NCBI GenBank assembly: GCA_965223905.1
Contig: CBDCXV010000010.1
Location: forward strand, 2,116,941-2,180,940
Length of the DNA: 64,000 nucleotides
Direction: 5' to 3'
Source of the DNA: Candidatus Latescibacterota bacterium
GTDB taxonomy: Bacteria > Latescibacterota > UBA2968 > UBA8231
Part shown: in pieces, positions 46,366 through 55,686 of the stretch
How positions within the stretch are numbered: position 1 is the stretch's first letter
How the letters are laid out: every line of letters starts with the position of its first letter
Program-made: the position numbers and the translations under genes
Notes under the pieces: generated by a model
What the model was told of the DNA's origin: nothing
What the model saw: the letters and a program-made list of their open reading frames with translations, nothing else
Database searches by the model: none

Positions 46366-47727
46366 TCAATACTGGCTCTCCTTCGTCGTAAGCGGACACC
46401 ACCTCGCCGTAGTGAGGTGCCCGATCAAGGCATCGGTCGCTTCCTGGGTGCCTGCGCGCCTCAGCACCAGCGCCGCTTTCGAGCGAACGTAACGGTTGTC
46501 GTGGTGCAGGTACCGGGTAATCCTCGGCACGGCCTCTGCCGCCCGCGGACCCAGCCTCGCCAACGCCAGCAAGGAGTGGCGCGGCACCCAGTCCTGGGGA
46601 TCGTCGAGGGCGTCGACGAGGGACGGGATCGCCGCGGTCGCCGCGTCCCCGACATTGCCGAGCGCGTAGGCGGACCTGGTGCGGACCTGGTCGTCCTCGT
46701 CTTTCAGAGCAGCCCGCAGTGTCGCGATCGCCGGCGCCGCGGGCAAGCCCATGTCCCCGAGAACATCGACGGCCGCTGCCCGGATCTCGGGGCGCTCCGC
46801 CCCTGCCGCTTCCTCGAGCGCCGGCACCGCGGCCGGGCCGACTGCCGCCAGGCCGTATCCTGCGTTTCGCCGCAAGTCTTCATCCTCGGACGACAACAGC
46901 GAAATCAGCTCGGGCACGGCATGCGCCCCCATGGCAGCGAGGGAATAGGCTGCCTGAAAGCAGGTAGTCTCGTTCGCATCCGAGAGCCGGGCGGCCAGCT
47001 CACCGGTGTCGCCGCCGTTTCCATGAGAGCCGTCGCCGTTGCCGCCGGCGCTCCACTCCCACATCGCTCTCCACATGGGGGCGCGGCGATCGTCCGTTTC
47101 CGGCCAACGGAGATCGTCCGAATCCCAGGCCGGCGAATCGGGTTCCTCCATGCGCGTGAAGAGGAACTTGAACATGAAGCGCTGGCCGTGGCCGGTTTTC
47201 TCCGACCTGCGATGCCACATGTCGTAGTGAACGATGGTCACCGTGCCGGCTGACCCGCAGAGGGGTATCTCTTCTCCTACCTCGGAGTCCGGCTCGCGGT
47301 TGTAGTATTGCGAACCGGGCACCACCGTGGTCGGGCCCAGCTCCAGGGTCGTGTCCTGGGGATAGTAGAAGGCCATGCACCAGCGGGTGCGGTGATGGCG
47401 CTGACTCCAGCTGTCCTTGTGCAGGGGCGACTGCGCCTCGGCGTGGACAGGACGCCGGTGGCAGTAGCGGTGGGCGTCGAGATCGTAGCCGGCCCCCAGG
47501 ATGCTGCCGAGGGTACCCGTGACCCTGGGATGGTCCAGGACCTGTTGCAGCTCCGGCACCACCGGCAGGATGTTGTTTCCCGGATTACCCGCGGTTTCCA
47601 TCGCCTTCTCCGTGCGCTCGAAGACGGTCTCGTGAAAACCGGCGGGCATGTCGGTCTCGAAGGTGATGCAGCCCTTGCGGATGAACTCCCGCATGCCCTC
47701 GTCGCTCAACAGTTCCCTGTCTGCCAT
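46366..47727 (-). CDS. PhyH-like domain fused to HEAT (PBS-lyase-like) repeats
   Basis: LHKD, YYPQD...GPT..PGSQY, HYD.WH, then repeated AVP.L...L.D....VR..AA.AL..G. Confidence 0.85.
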   Translation of the reverse strand: MADRELLSDEGMREFIRKGCITFETDMPAGFHETVFERTEKAMETAGNPGNNILPVVPELQQVLDHPRVTGTLGSILGAGYDLDAHRYCHRRPVHAEAQSPLHKDSWSQRHHRTRWCMAFYYPQDTTLELGPTTVVPGSQYYNREPDSEVGEEIPLCGSAGTVTIVHYDMWHRRSEKTGHGQRFMFKFLFTRMEEPDSPAWDSDDLRWPETDDRRAPMWRAMWEWSAGGNGDGSHGNGGDTGELAARLSDANETTCFQAAYSLAAMGAHAVPELISLLSSEDEDLRRNAGYGLAAVGPAAVPALEEAAGAERPEIRAAAVDVLGDMGLPAAPAIATLRAALKDEDDQVRTRSAYALGNVGDAATAAIPSLVDALDDPQDWVPRHSLLALARLGPRAAEAVPRITRYLHHDNRYVRSKAALVLRRAGTQEATDALIGHLTTARWCPLTTKESQY

Positions 47728-48009
47728 TTCAGCTGCTCCGTGCCTGACCCGGTAGCCGGGGGGGGCGGTTGTCGTAACGGCGGGCGCTTGGCGCCGGCCT
47801 CTGCTCGATACGGGGGGTTAACGCTCCGGGGATACCCGAATGCTGTTGCAATTACGTTTTCCGAACCGGAACTTTCGGCCGACCCGCCTCAACAGCACGG
47901 GCGAGGCAGGGAATTTCCCCAAACGCGACTCGCCCCTCAAGGAAATTCTCTCCCCCCTCCACTGGCAGCCATACGAAACCGGGCAACTGCTCCATTGCCT
48001 CGAGAAGAA

Positions 48010-49962
48010 TTGGAACAGCCGACAGCGGGCGTGACGCCGCGCTCGCTGGCGATCGGCGCGGGACTCAGCCTGGTGATCGGGCTGGGGGTGCCCTACGGTG
48101 CCCTGGTCATCATGGGCAGCCAGATGAGCTCGTTGAACGCTCCGGCCGCTTTCTTCCTGTTCTTCCTGTGGGTCGGCGTCGCCCAGGTGGTGCTGGGGTT
48201 GATTCACCGCAGGCTGGCCCTGGGCCGGGGAGAGCTGCTGACCATCTACATCATGATGGTCGTCGCCACGGCGTTTTCGGGTGGCGAGCGCAACGGATTC
48301 TGCCTGATGCTGTTGTCGTCGACCGCCGGGGTCCATTACCTCGCTACGCAGGAAAACAATTGGGGCGAGCGGGTTCATCCCTACGTAGCCGAGTGGATGG
48401 TCCCCCGGGACGAGCTGGGAATCCGCTGGTTTTTCGAGGGGATGCCCGAGGGGGAGTCCATCCCCTGGGGCATGTGGTTGCCGCCCCTGTTCTGGTGGCT
48501 GCTGTTCATGGTGGCGCTGTGGATGGTGAGCATCTGCGCGATGGTGATACTCCGCCGCCAGTGGGTGGAACGCGAACACCTGATCTATCCCATAACCAAG
48601 GTTCCCCTGGCGATGGCCGAGACCCCTCCCGGAGGTTCGCTGGTGGCGCCTTTCTTCAAGAAGGGCCTGATGTGGGTCGGGTTGCTGATATCGTTCGGAC
48701 GCGAGAGCCTCAATGCACTCAACCACTACTTCCCGTTCGTTCCCGTCATCCCGAGATATTTCGGGGGGATACAATTACTGCGAGGAGCTTCGCGCGCCTA
48801 TTTCTCGCTGAACCTGATGATCCTCGGGTTCGCCTATTTCCTCAAGGCGGACGTCATGCTCGGGATGTGGGTGTTCCATCTGCTGCGGCGCCTGCAGGAA
48901 GGTGTGCTGCACATGACCGGCGCCGGCATCGGGGAATCGCTGTCCCGCTATGGCGGCGGCGGCGGCGTAAACGGGTTGTTGGCCCATCAGAGCATAGGGG
49001 CGATGACAGCGCTGGTGCTCTTCGGGCTGTGGATCGCCCGGGAACATCTGCAGGCGGTATGTCGCAAGGCATTCCGCGGGGATGCGTCCGTGGACGATTC
49101 CGGCGAGATCCTGTCCTACCGCACCGCCGTATGGGGGGTGATCGTCGGGCTGGCCGTGATGATCCTGTGGCTGTGGCGCGCCGGACTTCCCCTGTGGGCA
49201 GGGCCGCTGTTTCTGTTCGGGACGCTGGTCACCTTCGTCAGCCTGACGCGCATCATCGCCGAGGCGGGCCTGCCCATGGTGTTCCCCCGCAACATCCCCC
49301 TGGACTTCGTCGTCTCGGGAATCGGGGTGCGCTACATGGGGCCTGCGGGGATGGCGGCGCTGGGTCCGACGGTGATATGGACCGAATCGCTGGCGAGCAC
49401 GATGATGGCGCACACCGCCACGGGGTTGAAACTGAGCGGGGAGATCGCCTGCAGGAAGCGCTGGCTGTTGCTGGCGATTGCGATCGCCATTGTCGTCTCC
49501 GGAGTCAGCACCTTCTGGACCTCGTTGGCGATTTCCTATCGCGAGGGGGGAATCAACGTCGCTCGCTTCGTGGAAGGGTTGCCGGACTTCACCTGGGAGT
49601 ACGTGGGACGGCGGGTCGACGAGAACGCGGGACCGAACTGGCTGGGTTGGCTCATCCGGCTGTCCGGGGTGGGGGTGATGGCGGGGCTTCTCTTCCTGAA
49701 TCGCCGTTTCCTGTGGTGGCCGCTGCACCCGCTGGGATTCGTCGTCAGCATGGACCGGGTGATGGACACGGCCTGGTTTCCGGTCTTTCTGGCCTGGCTG
49801 CTGAAGATCGTCCTCCTGAAGTACGGCGGCCTCAAGGCCTATCGGGCGCTGTGGCCCCTGTTCTATGGGTTGATCCTCGGCCAGTTCGTCGCCGGGGGAT
49901 TCTGGCTGATCGTGGACTATTTCACCGGGACGACGGGAAATGGGCTGGGTATGGCTTACTAG
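48010..49962 (+). CDS. DUF6785/DUF6784-like polytopic membrane protein (putative transporter); start approximate
   Basis: GVT.RSL.IG, ELL.IY.M, PW..W..PL..W, LRRQW.E.E.L.YP, WPLHPLG, K..LKYGG, P.F.GLILG. Confidence 0.7.
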   Translation: MEQPTAGVTPRSLAIGAGLSLVIGLGVPYGALVIMGSQMSSLNAPAAFFLFFLWVGVAQVVLGLIHRRLALGRGELLTIYIMMVVATAFSGGERNGFCLMLLSSTAGVHYLATQENNWGERVHPYVAEWMVPRDELGIRWFFEGMPEGESIPWGMWLPPLFWWLLFMVALWMVSICAMVILRRQWVEREHLIYPITKVPLAMAETPPGGSLVAPFFKKGLMWVGLLISFGRESLNALNHYFPFVPVIPRYFGGIQLLRGASRAYFSLNLMILGFAYFLKADVMLGMWVFHLLRRLQEGVLHMTGAGIGESLSRYGGGGGVNGLLAHQSIGAMTALVLFGLWIAREHLQAVCRKAFRGDASVDDSGEILSYRTAVWGVIVGLAVMILWLWRAGLPLWAGPLFLFGTLVTFVSLTRIIAEAGLPMVFPRNIPLDFVVSGIGVRYMGPAGMAALGPTVIWTESLASTMMAHTATGLKLSGEIACRKRWLLLAIAIAIVVSGVSTFWTSLAISYREGGINVARFVEGLPDFTWEYVGRRVDENAGPNWLGWLIRLSGVGVMAGLLFLNRRFLWWPLHPLGFVVSMDRVMDTAWFPVFLAWLLKIVLLKYGGLKAYRALWPLFYGLILGQFVAGGFWLIVDYFTGTTGNGLGMAY

Positions 49963-50115
49963 TTTTCGGTCAGCCCTTGATCAGGTCCGCGACCAGGCGG
50001 ACCAGGGATTCGGATGGGTGCGGAAGGATGTCGAGGAATATGTCAGGAGCATACAAGCAGCGTCGGATGGCAACCACTGGAGAGACATCGATGCGCAGTT
50101 CCCTGATTAACGCCG

Positions 50116-50865
50116 ATGGCTGACCCCCGCGTCCTCATGACCGGCGCCGGCGGCAATGTCGGCACGACCCTGTGGCGGGCGTGGGAAGAAGAAGATCGCT
50201 ACGACCTCACCCTGGCCGATCTGCGGCCGATCGAGCGGGCTCGGTCGAGGACCGAGATCGGCGACCTCCGCGATCCCGAATTCATGCGCAGGATCTGCCG
50301 CAACCAGGATGTGCTCGTCCACCTGGCCTTCCTGAGGGACGGGAACGGACCCGACAGCGGTACGTGGACGGATATCGGGCTGTCGCTGGCGCTGTGGGAG
50401 ACCGCCCGCAATTCCGGCATCGGCAGGATCGTGTTTGCCAGTACGAACAAAGTCACCAACTGCAACCGGAATGAAGGGGGCCTTTCGGCGTTTCAATCAC
50501 CGGATCAGTTCAATCCCGACAGCTGGTACGGCGCCATGAAAGGGATGGCCGAGATCGGCGGCCGCATGATGGCGAATGCCGGCGACATCCGCTTCATCGC
50601 CATCCGCATCGGCACATACTCGGGTGCAACCGAACCGGACAGTCTGCGCGCCTGCGCCTACCTGCTGTCGCCGCGCGACTGCGTCCAGCTGTTCGGCCTC
50701 GCCGTGGACTACAGGGGACCGGAGAAGTTCATCGTCACCTACGGAACCTCCGGCAACGCCTGGGGTCGTCACCGCGGCCCCCTCGACATCGGTCCGGCCG
50801 TCGAAATCCTCGGATACGAACCCGAGGACAACATGATGCAGTTTCGTACCCGCTTCGAGAGTTGA
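50116..50865 (+). CDS. NAD-dependent epimerase/dehydratase (uronate dehydrogenase-like)
   Basis: TGAGGNVG, FAST, YGAMK, RIG, LSPRD. Confidence 0.85.
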   Translation: MADPRVLMTGAGGNVGTTLWRAWEEEDRYDLTLADLRPIERARSRTEIGDLRDPEFMRRICRNQDVLVHLAFLRDGNGPDSGTWTDIGLSLALWETARNSGIGRIVFASTNKVTNCNRNEGGLSAFQSPDQFNPDSWYGAMKGMAEIGGRMMANAGDIRFIAIRIGTYSGATEPDSLRACAYLLSPRDCVQLFGLAVDYRGPEKFIVTYGTSGNAWGRHRGPLDIGPAVEILGYEPEDNMMQFRTRFES

Positions 50866-50908
50866 CCGGCATGCCGCAGCTGCCTCGGACCCGCAGAATG
50901 GAGGAACC

Positions 50909-51733
50909 ATGATCATCGACGCCCACCTTCACGTCTGGAGCGACGACTTCGAAAACCATCCCTTTGCCGAGGGGGTGGAAGAGAAGGAAGGAGCACCGGT
51001 GGAGCTGTTGAACGAGACCATGGACGAGGCGGGAGTGGACAAGGCCGTGATCGTCCAGCCGATCTACTACCTCTACGACAACCGCTACGTGGCGGAGTGT
51101 CTGCGGCGTTTCCCGGGGAGATTCGCCGCCATCGGTTTGGTCGACCGCCATGCCCCGGATGCGCCCGACCAGCTCCAGCGTCTTGTCGAAGAGCACGGGT
51201 TCGACGGCCTGCGCATTCACCTGTCGCGGCCCGACGATCCCGCGGAATGGGCCGCCCCCGACCAGGATCGGACATGGCGGCGTGCCGAGGAGCTGGGGGC
51301 CTGCTTCAACGTCTACGGGCCCGCCGCCCTTCTGCCGGCGGTCGAACCGATCATCGCCCGGTTCCCCGGAGTCAAGGTCGTTCTCGACCACATGGGGCGC
51401 GCTCCCACCGACGAAGATCCACCCTACCCGCTCCTCGGCATCGTCCTGAACCTGGCCCGGTATCCCAACGTCTACGTCAAGTTCACCCCCCAGGGGCTCA
51501 GCTCGAAGCTGCCCTATCCCCACCGGGACACCTTCCCTACCTTTCGGCGGATTTACGATGCCTACGGTCCCGAGCGCCTGATGTGGGGGACCGATTTCCC
51601 GCACGTGCTGAAAATCCCGGGATATGGCCCTGCGCTGGAGCTGTTCCGGACCCACATGGATTTCCTCACCGAGGAGGACAGGGAGTGGCTGTTCTGCAAG
51701 ACCGCCCTCACCGTCTGGACCTTCGCAACCTGA
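50909..51733 (+). CDS. Amidohydrolase_2 family (sugar lactonase-like)
   Basis: IIDAHLHVW, DNRY, LDHMG, NVYVK, RLMWGTDFP. Confidence 0.88.
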   Translation: MIIDAHLHVWSDDFENHPFAEGVEEKEGAPVELLNETMDEAGVDKAVIVQPIYYLYDNRYVAECLRRFPGRFAAIGLVDRHAPDAPDQLQRLVEEHGFDGLRIHLSRPDDPAEWAAPDQDRTWRRAEELGACFNVYGPAALLPAVEPIIARFPGVKVVLDHMGRAPTDEDPPYPLLGIVLNLARYPNVYVKFTPQGLSSKLPYPHRDTFPTFRRIYDAYGPERLMWGTDFPHVLKIPGYGPALELFRTHMDFLTEEDREWLFCKTALTVWTFAT

Positions 51734-51902
51734 GGCTCGATCCGCACCGTCTGCCGGCACCCCGAATCATGGTTTCTCCAGGCACGGGGACGAGCCCCGT
51801 ACCGTCCCGATAGTTTCCAGCTTCCGCTTTGCCCGGTGCCGACCCTCGTCATTCGCTGACTAAAAAACGATTCCCTGAAAATCGACAAGAACAGGAGAAA
51901 CG

Positions 51903-53684
51903 ATGGACATGACCGCGCATTCGAGTACACAGGAAGCTCCGACCGTTCTTCCGGACGGGACCCGCTTCCCGATCTGGGAGGACGAGACGGACTACCGGAA
52001 ATCGTACTGCGTCGACCAGCAGCACCCCGGGGCCTCCGACGGCAACCCGGGAACGGAAGAGGCGCCGTTTCTCACCATTCAGCGAGCCGCCGAGGCCGTC
52101 GGACCGGCCGAGAAGGTGCTGATCAAGTCGGGCGTCTACCGCGAGTGGGTCCACCCGCTCCGCGGCGGCACCGGGGCCGACGGTATGATCGGTTTCGAGG
52201 CGGCACCCGGCGCCGAGGCCGTTATCCGCGGATCCCGGGTGCTGACCACCCCATGGACCAATTTGGAGCAGCCCCATTCGGTCAGTGTGTGGAGGACCGA
52301 GCTGCCCGAGTCCTTCTTCGAAGGGGATCACCCCTTTGCCGTGGTCAACACCACGGACGAGGACTTCGAGCTCATGCGCTGGGCGCGCGGGTCCAAGGGA
52401 CTGGTCCCGCACAGTTTGCCCCGCGCCCTGGTTTTCCAGGACGGCCGGCGGCTGACCCAGCTGAGCTCGCTTGCGGACCTGGCCCGGATCCCCGGGGCGT
52501 TCTGGATCGACTCGGAGGACCGCAAGCTCTACGTGCATCCTTTCGATAGCCGCCATCCCGACGCCTGCGAGATCGAGGCCACCACCCAGCAGTTTCTGTT
52601 CAACCCGAAGGTGAGGGGGCTGGGTTACATCCGCATCAGCGGGTTGACCTTCGAGCACGCCGGCAACGGCTTCATCCGCTCCGGAAACGGGGCGGTGGCG
52701 ACCTGGGGGGGCCACCACTGGATCATCGAGGACAACACCGTCCGTCACATCAATTCCGTCGGCATCGAGATCGGCGGGTTCACCGACGAGCGGGCGGAGG
52801 ATGAAAACCGCGATGAGCTGGATGAGACGACGGGCGGCCACCTGGTCCGGCGCAATCACGTGTACGACTGCGGCACGGGAGGCATTCAGGGGACCGTCGT
52901 CCCGAGAAGCCTGGTGGCCGGCAACCACATCCACGACTGCGGCTGGCAGGAGGTGCAGTCCTACCAGGAAACCGCAGGTATCAAGATCCTGCTCACCCTC
53001 GACACGGTGGTGCAGTGCAATCACATCCACCACTGTTACGCCGCCCCGGGAATCTGGATGGATTTCGTCAACCGGAATTCCCGGGTGTGCCGGAACCTGC
53101 TGCACGACATCGCGACCTTCAACGGGGCGATCTTCTTCGAGGCCTCCAACGTCCCCAACCTGATCGACCACAACGTCATCTACAACGTGAAGGTGGGCAG
53201 CGGGATTTACCAGCGGGACTGCGACCAGCTTCTGATCGCCCACAACCTGGTACGGAACTGCGACCATGCCGGCATCCACATGCGCAAGACGCCGACAAGG
53301 GACCGCGTGGGCGTCTGCAAGGACAACCGCGTGATCAACAACGTCATCGCGCAGTGTTCGATGGCGTTCGACTACGAGGTCATGGAGAATGTCTCGGACA
53401 ACAACATCCTCTCCGGCATGGGCGAGGGGTTCAGCCTGGAGGAGTGGCAGGAGTCCGGTCTCGACGCCCACAGCCGGACTGCCACGCTCGACATGGCCAT
53501 CGATCCCGGGGACCAGCTTCTCCTCGGGTCGTCGGCCGACGCGGTCCCGGCGGTGCCGCGCGACGAGCTGTTGAGCTGCGACTACTTCGGCCGTCCCCAT
53601 CCCGGGGATGAAGTCCCGGCCGGTCCCTTTACCGAAGGCTTGAGCGCGGTGCCCCGCCGGCTGCGGCTGACACCCGGCAGATGA
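51903..53684 (+). CDS. Right-handed parallel beta-helix protein (DUF1565-like N-terminus; GH120-like)
   Basis: ASDGNPGT...PF.TI..AA, GVYREWV.P, W.IEDN, N.IH.C, GIWMD repeats. Confidence 0.8.
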   Translation: MDMTAHSSTQEAPTVLPDGTRFPIWEDETDYRKSYCVDQQHPGASDGNPGTEEAPFLTIQRAAEAVGPAEKVLIKSGVYREWVHPLRGGTGADGMIGFEAAPGAEAVIRGSRVLTTPWTNLEQPHSVSVWRTELPESFFEGDHPFAVVNTTDEDFELMRWARGSKGLVPHSLPRALVFQDGRRLTQLSSLADLARIPGAFWIDSEDRKLYVHPFDSRHPDACEIEATTQQFLFNPKVRGLGYIRISGLTFEHAGNGFIRSGNGAVATWGGHHWIIEDNTVRHINSVGIEIGGFTDERAEDENRDELDETTGGHLVRRNHVYDCGTGGIQGTVVPRSLVAGNHIHDCGWQEVQSYQETAGIKILLTLDTVVQCNHIHHCYAAPGIWMDFVNRNSRVCRNLLHDIATFNGAIFFEASNVPNLIDHNVIYNVKVGSGIYQRDCDQLLIAHNLVRNCDHAGIHMRKTPTRDRVGVCKDNRVINNVIAQCSMAFDYEVMENVSDNNILSGMGEGFSLEEWQESGLDAHSRTATLDMAIDPGDQLLLGSSADAVPAVPRDELLSCDYFGRPHPGDEVPAGPFTEGLSAVPRRLRLTPGR

Positions 53685-53703
53685 TCCACAGGAGTCGAAC
53701 GCA

Positions 53704-54402
53704 ATGCGCATTCTCGTAACCGGTGCGGCCGGCCAGGTCGGGAGCACCGTGGCCCGCGGCCTGCGGGAGCGCCACCAGGTGCGCGGTCACGACCGCCGGC
53801 CCATGCCCGAGCTCGATGACACTGTCGTCAGCGACCTGAGCGATTTCGATGCCGTCCTCGAGGCGACGAGCGGCGTCGATGGGGTAGCCCACATCGGCGG
53901 CCTGCCGGGCGGCGACGAGTGGGAGGCCATCCACCAGAGCAACATAATCGGCACCTACAACGTGTTCGAAGCCTGCCGCCGCAACGGCGTCGAACGCGTG
54001 GCATTTGCAAGCCGCATCGGCGTGTGGAGTCAGTTCCCGCGGGGCGTCACCCTTACCGTCGACCTCATGCCGACCCCTGTCGGTTTTTACACGATCAGCA
54101 AAGTCTTCGGCGAGTCGATCGCCTACTCCTACTCCCGCGAGCACGGCATGGGTTGCGTCTGCGTCCGCATCGGCAGCTTCACCCTGGAGCGCGACCGGCC
54201 GGAGTCCCCTCTCCATCTCAGCCACGGCGACAGCGTGCGCGTGTTCGAGCAGGCGCTTGTGCACCCCGGCGTCACCTTTGCCGTCGTCTTCGGGGTATCG
54301 GACAGCAACTGGCCGCTATACGATCTGGACCACGGCCGGCGGGCGATCGGATACTACCCGCAGGACCGGTCGTTCGTTCCGGAAGACAAGTGGCGGAGGT
54401 AG
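53704..54402 (+). CDS. NAD-dependent epimerase/dehydratase (uronate dehydrogenase-like)
   Basis: TGAAGQVG, NI.GTYNVFEA, Y.ISK.FGE, RIGS, GVSD. Confidence 0.85.
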   Translation: MRILVTGAAGQVGSTVARGLRERHQVRGHDRRPMPELDDTVVSDLSDFDAVLEATSGVDGVAHIGGLPGGDEWEAIHQSNIIGTYNVFEACRRNGVERVAFASRIGVWSQFPRGVTLTVDLMPTPVGFYTISKVFGESIAYSYSREHGMGCVCVRIGSFTLERDRPESPLHLSHGDSVRVFEQALVHPGVTFAVVFGVSDSNWPLYDLDHGRRAIGYYPQDRSFVPEDKWRR

Positions 54403-54813
54403 ATCCGGCTCCATCCCGGGGTTGCGGCGAAAGACGGGCCAGGCCTTGCCAGCGGCGCGGACGCATGCGATTGCGGGTTCCCCCAGGCAGAACATGAAGG
54501 TCCCCGGCACTTTAACGGCAGCTTTGGAATCCCTCTGTATTGCCTTACATTTGGCTGCGTTTTCCCCACCCGTAAGCTAGCGCAAGGGTCGGACGCAGCT
54601 CTAGTTTCGAGCAGGCCCGGATCGCCCTTGTGTAATCGAGTCGGGCGAGTGGAAATCTTCGAGGTTCCTCAGGGGGATTTCACCTGTGCGAGCCCCGATC
54701 TCAGAGTGGACCGGACCGCAGAATCCGGTTGCCATAAAGACAGCGGCTATCTTCGGCGCAGCAGGGAGTCGAAGAAAGAGATATAGCAAGAGGCCAATCC
54801 TGCGAAAGGAGCA

Positions 54814-55572
54814 ATGCAGATGTTGGAGATTATAAAGAGCGGGGGGCCGTTGATGGTTCCTCTGATCGGATGCGCTGTCCTGTCCCTCGCCCTTGTCCTG
54901 GAGCGCCTCTGGGTATTCCGTGGCCTTCCCGGTCGCGACAGCGCCCAGGAAGAGCTGGAACGGGTGGAAACCGCGCTGGTCGACAGAGGAGAGGAAGAAG
55001 TGGTCGAGGAGTGCAACCAGGGGAAGGGTGTTCTCAACTATCTGTTTGCCTCCCTCCTGCAGCGCTACGACGTCCTGATGATTGAGCAGCGGGAATTCCA
55101 GGGGACGCACGAGGAGATCATACGTCTGTCAGAGGCAGCGGGAGGAGGCCAGATAGGTCGGTTCCTGGTTATGGAGAACGCCTTGAAAGACCTGAAGGAC
55201 GAACTGGTGATCCAGACGGAAGAGGCCTTGCGCGGATATTTGGGAAAGCATCTGGCCGTTTTGCAAACGATCGGGACCATCAGTCCCCTGCTGGGATTGT
55301 TGGGAACGATCGTAGGTATGATCATCGCCTTCGAGTCCATCGCGGTGTCCGGGACCGGAGATCCGAGGGTGGTAGCCGGTGGCATATCGCAGGCCCTCGG
55401 CACGACCGCGGCGGGGCTGATCATCGCGATCCCGACGATCGTGGCCTACCGTTATCTGGCGCGCAGGGCGGAGGTATACAAGGATCGAGTCGAGGTATAT
55501 GGACACGCCTTTTCAAACGCCTTGATCATGGCGGGACAGCGCCGTGATGGGTCGCAACAGGAGCAGGGTTAG
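54814..55572 (+). CDS. exbB: MotA/TolQ/ExbB proton channel protein
   Basis: GGPLM.PL...S....LER, PLLGLLGTIVGMI.AF, GISQAL.TTAAGL.IAIP. Confidence 0.9.
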   Translation: MQMLEIIKSGGPLMVPLIGCAVLSLALVLERLWVFRGLPGRDSAQEELERVETALVDRGEEEVVEECNQGKGVLNYLFASLLQRYDVLMIEQREFQGTHEEIIRLSEAAGGGQIGRFLVMENALKDLKDELVIQTEEALRGYLGKHLAVLQTIGTISPLLGLLGTIVGMIIAFESIAVSGTGDPRVVAGGISQALGTTAAGLIIAIPTIVAYRYLARRAEVYKDRVEVYGHAFSNALIMAGQRRDGSQQEQG

Positions 55573-55686
55573 CTAACCTGTTTCGGGGGGGCAAGGTTAC
55601 GGGATGTTTCCGTCGGCCATCGCTGGTACCAATGGCTGCACCCATGTTTCCGCAGCCACCTCGCCGGGCAAGAGACCGCCCTCTCA

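Noticed and set aside
47308-48009. N-terminal extension of the 884-aa ORF
   Set aside because: Overlaps the opposite-strand PhyH-HEAT gene; family-like sequence starts only near 48010.
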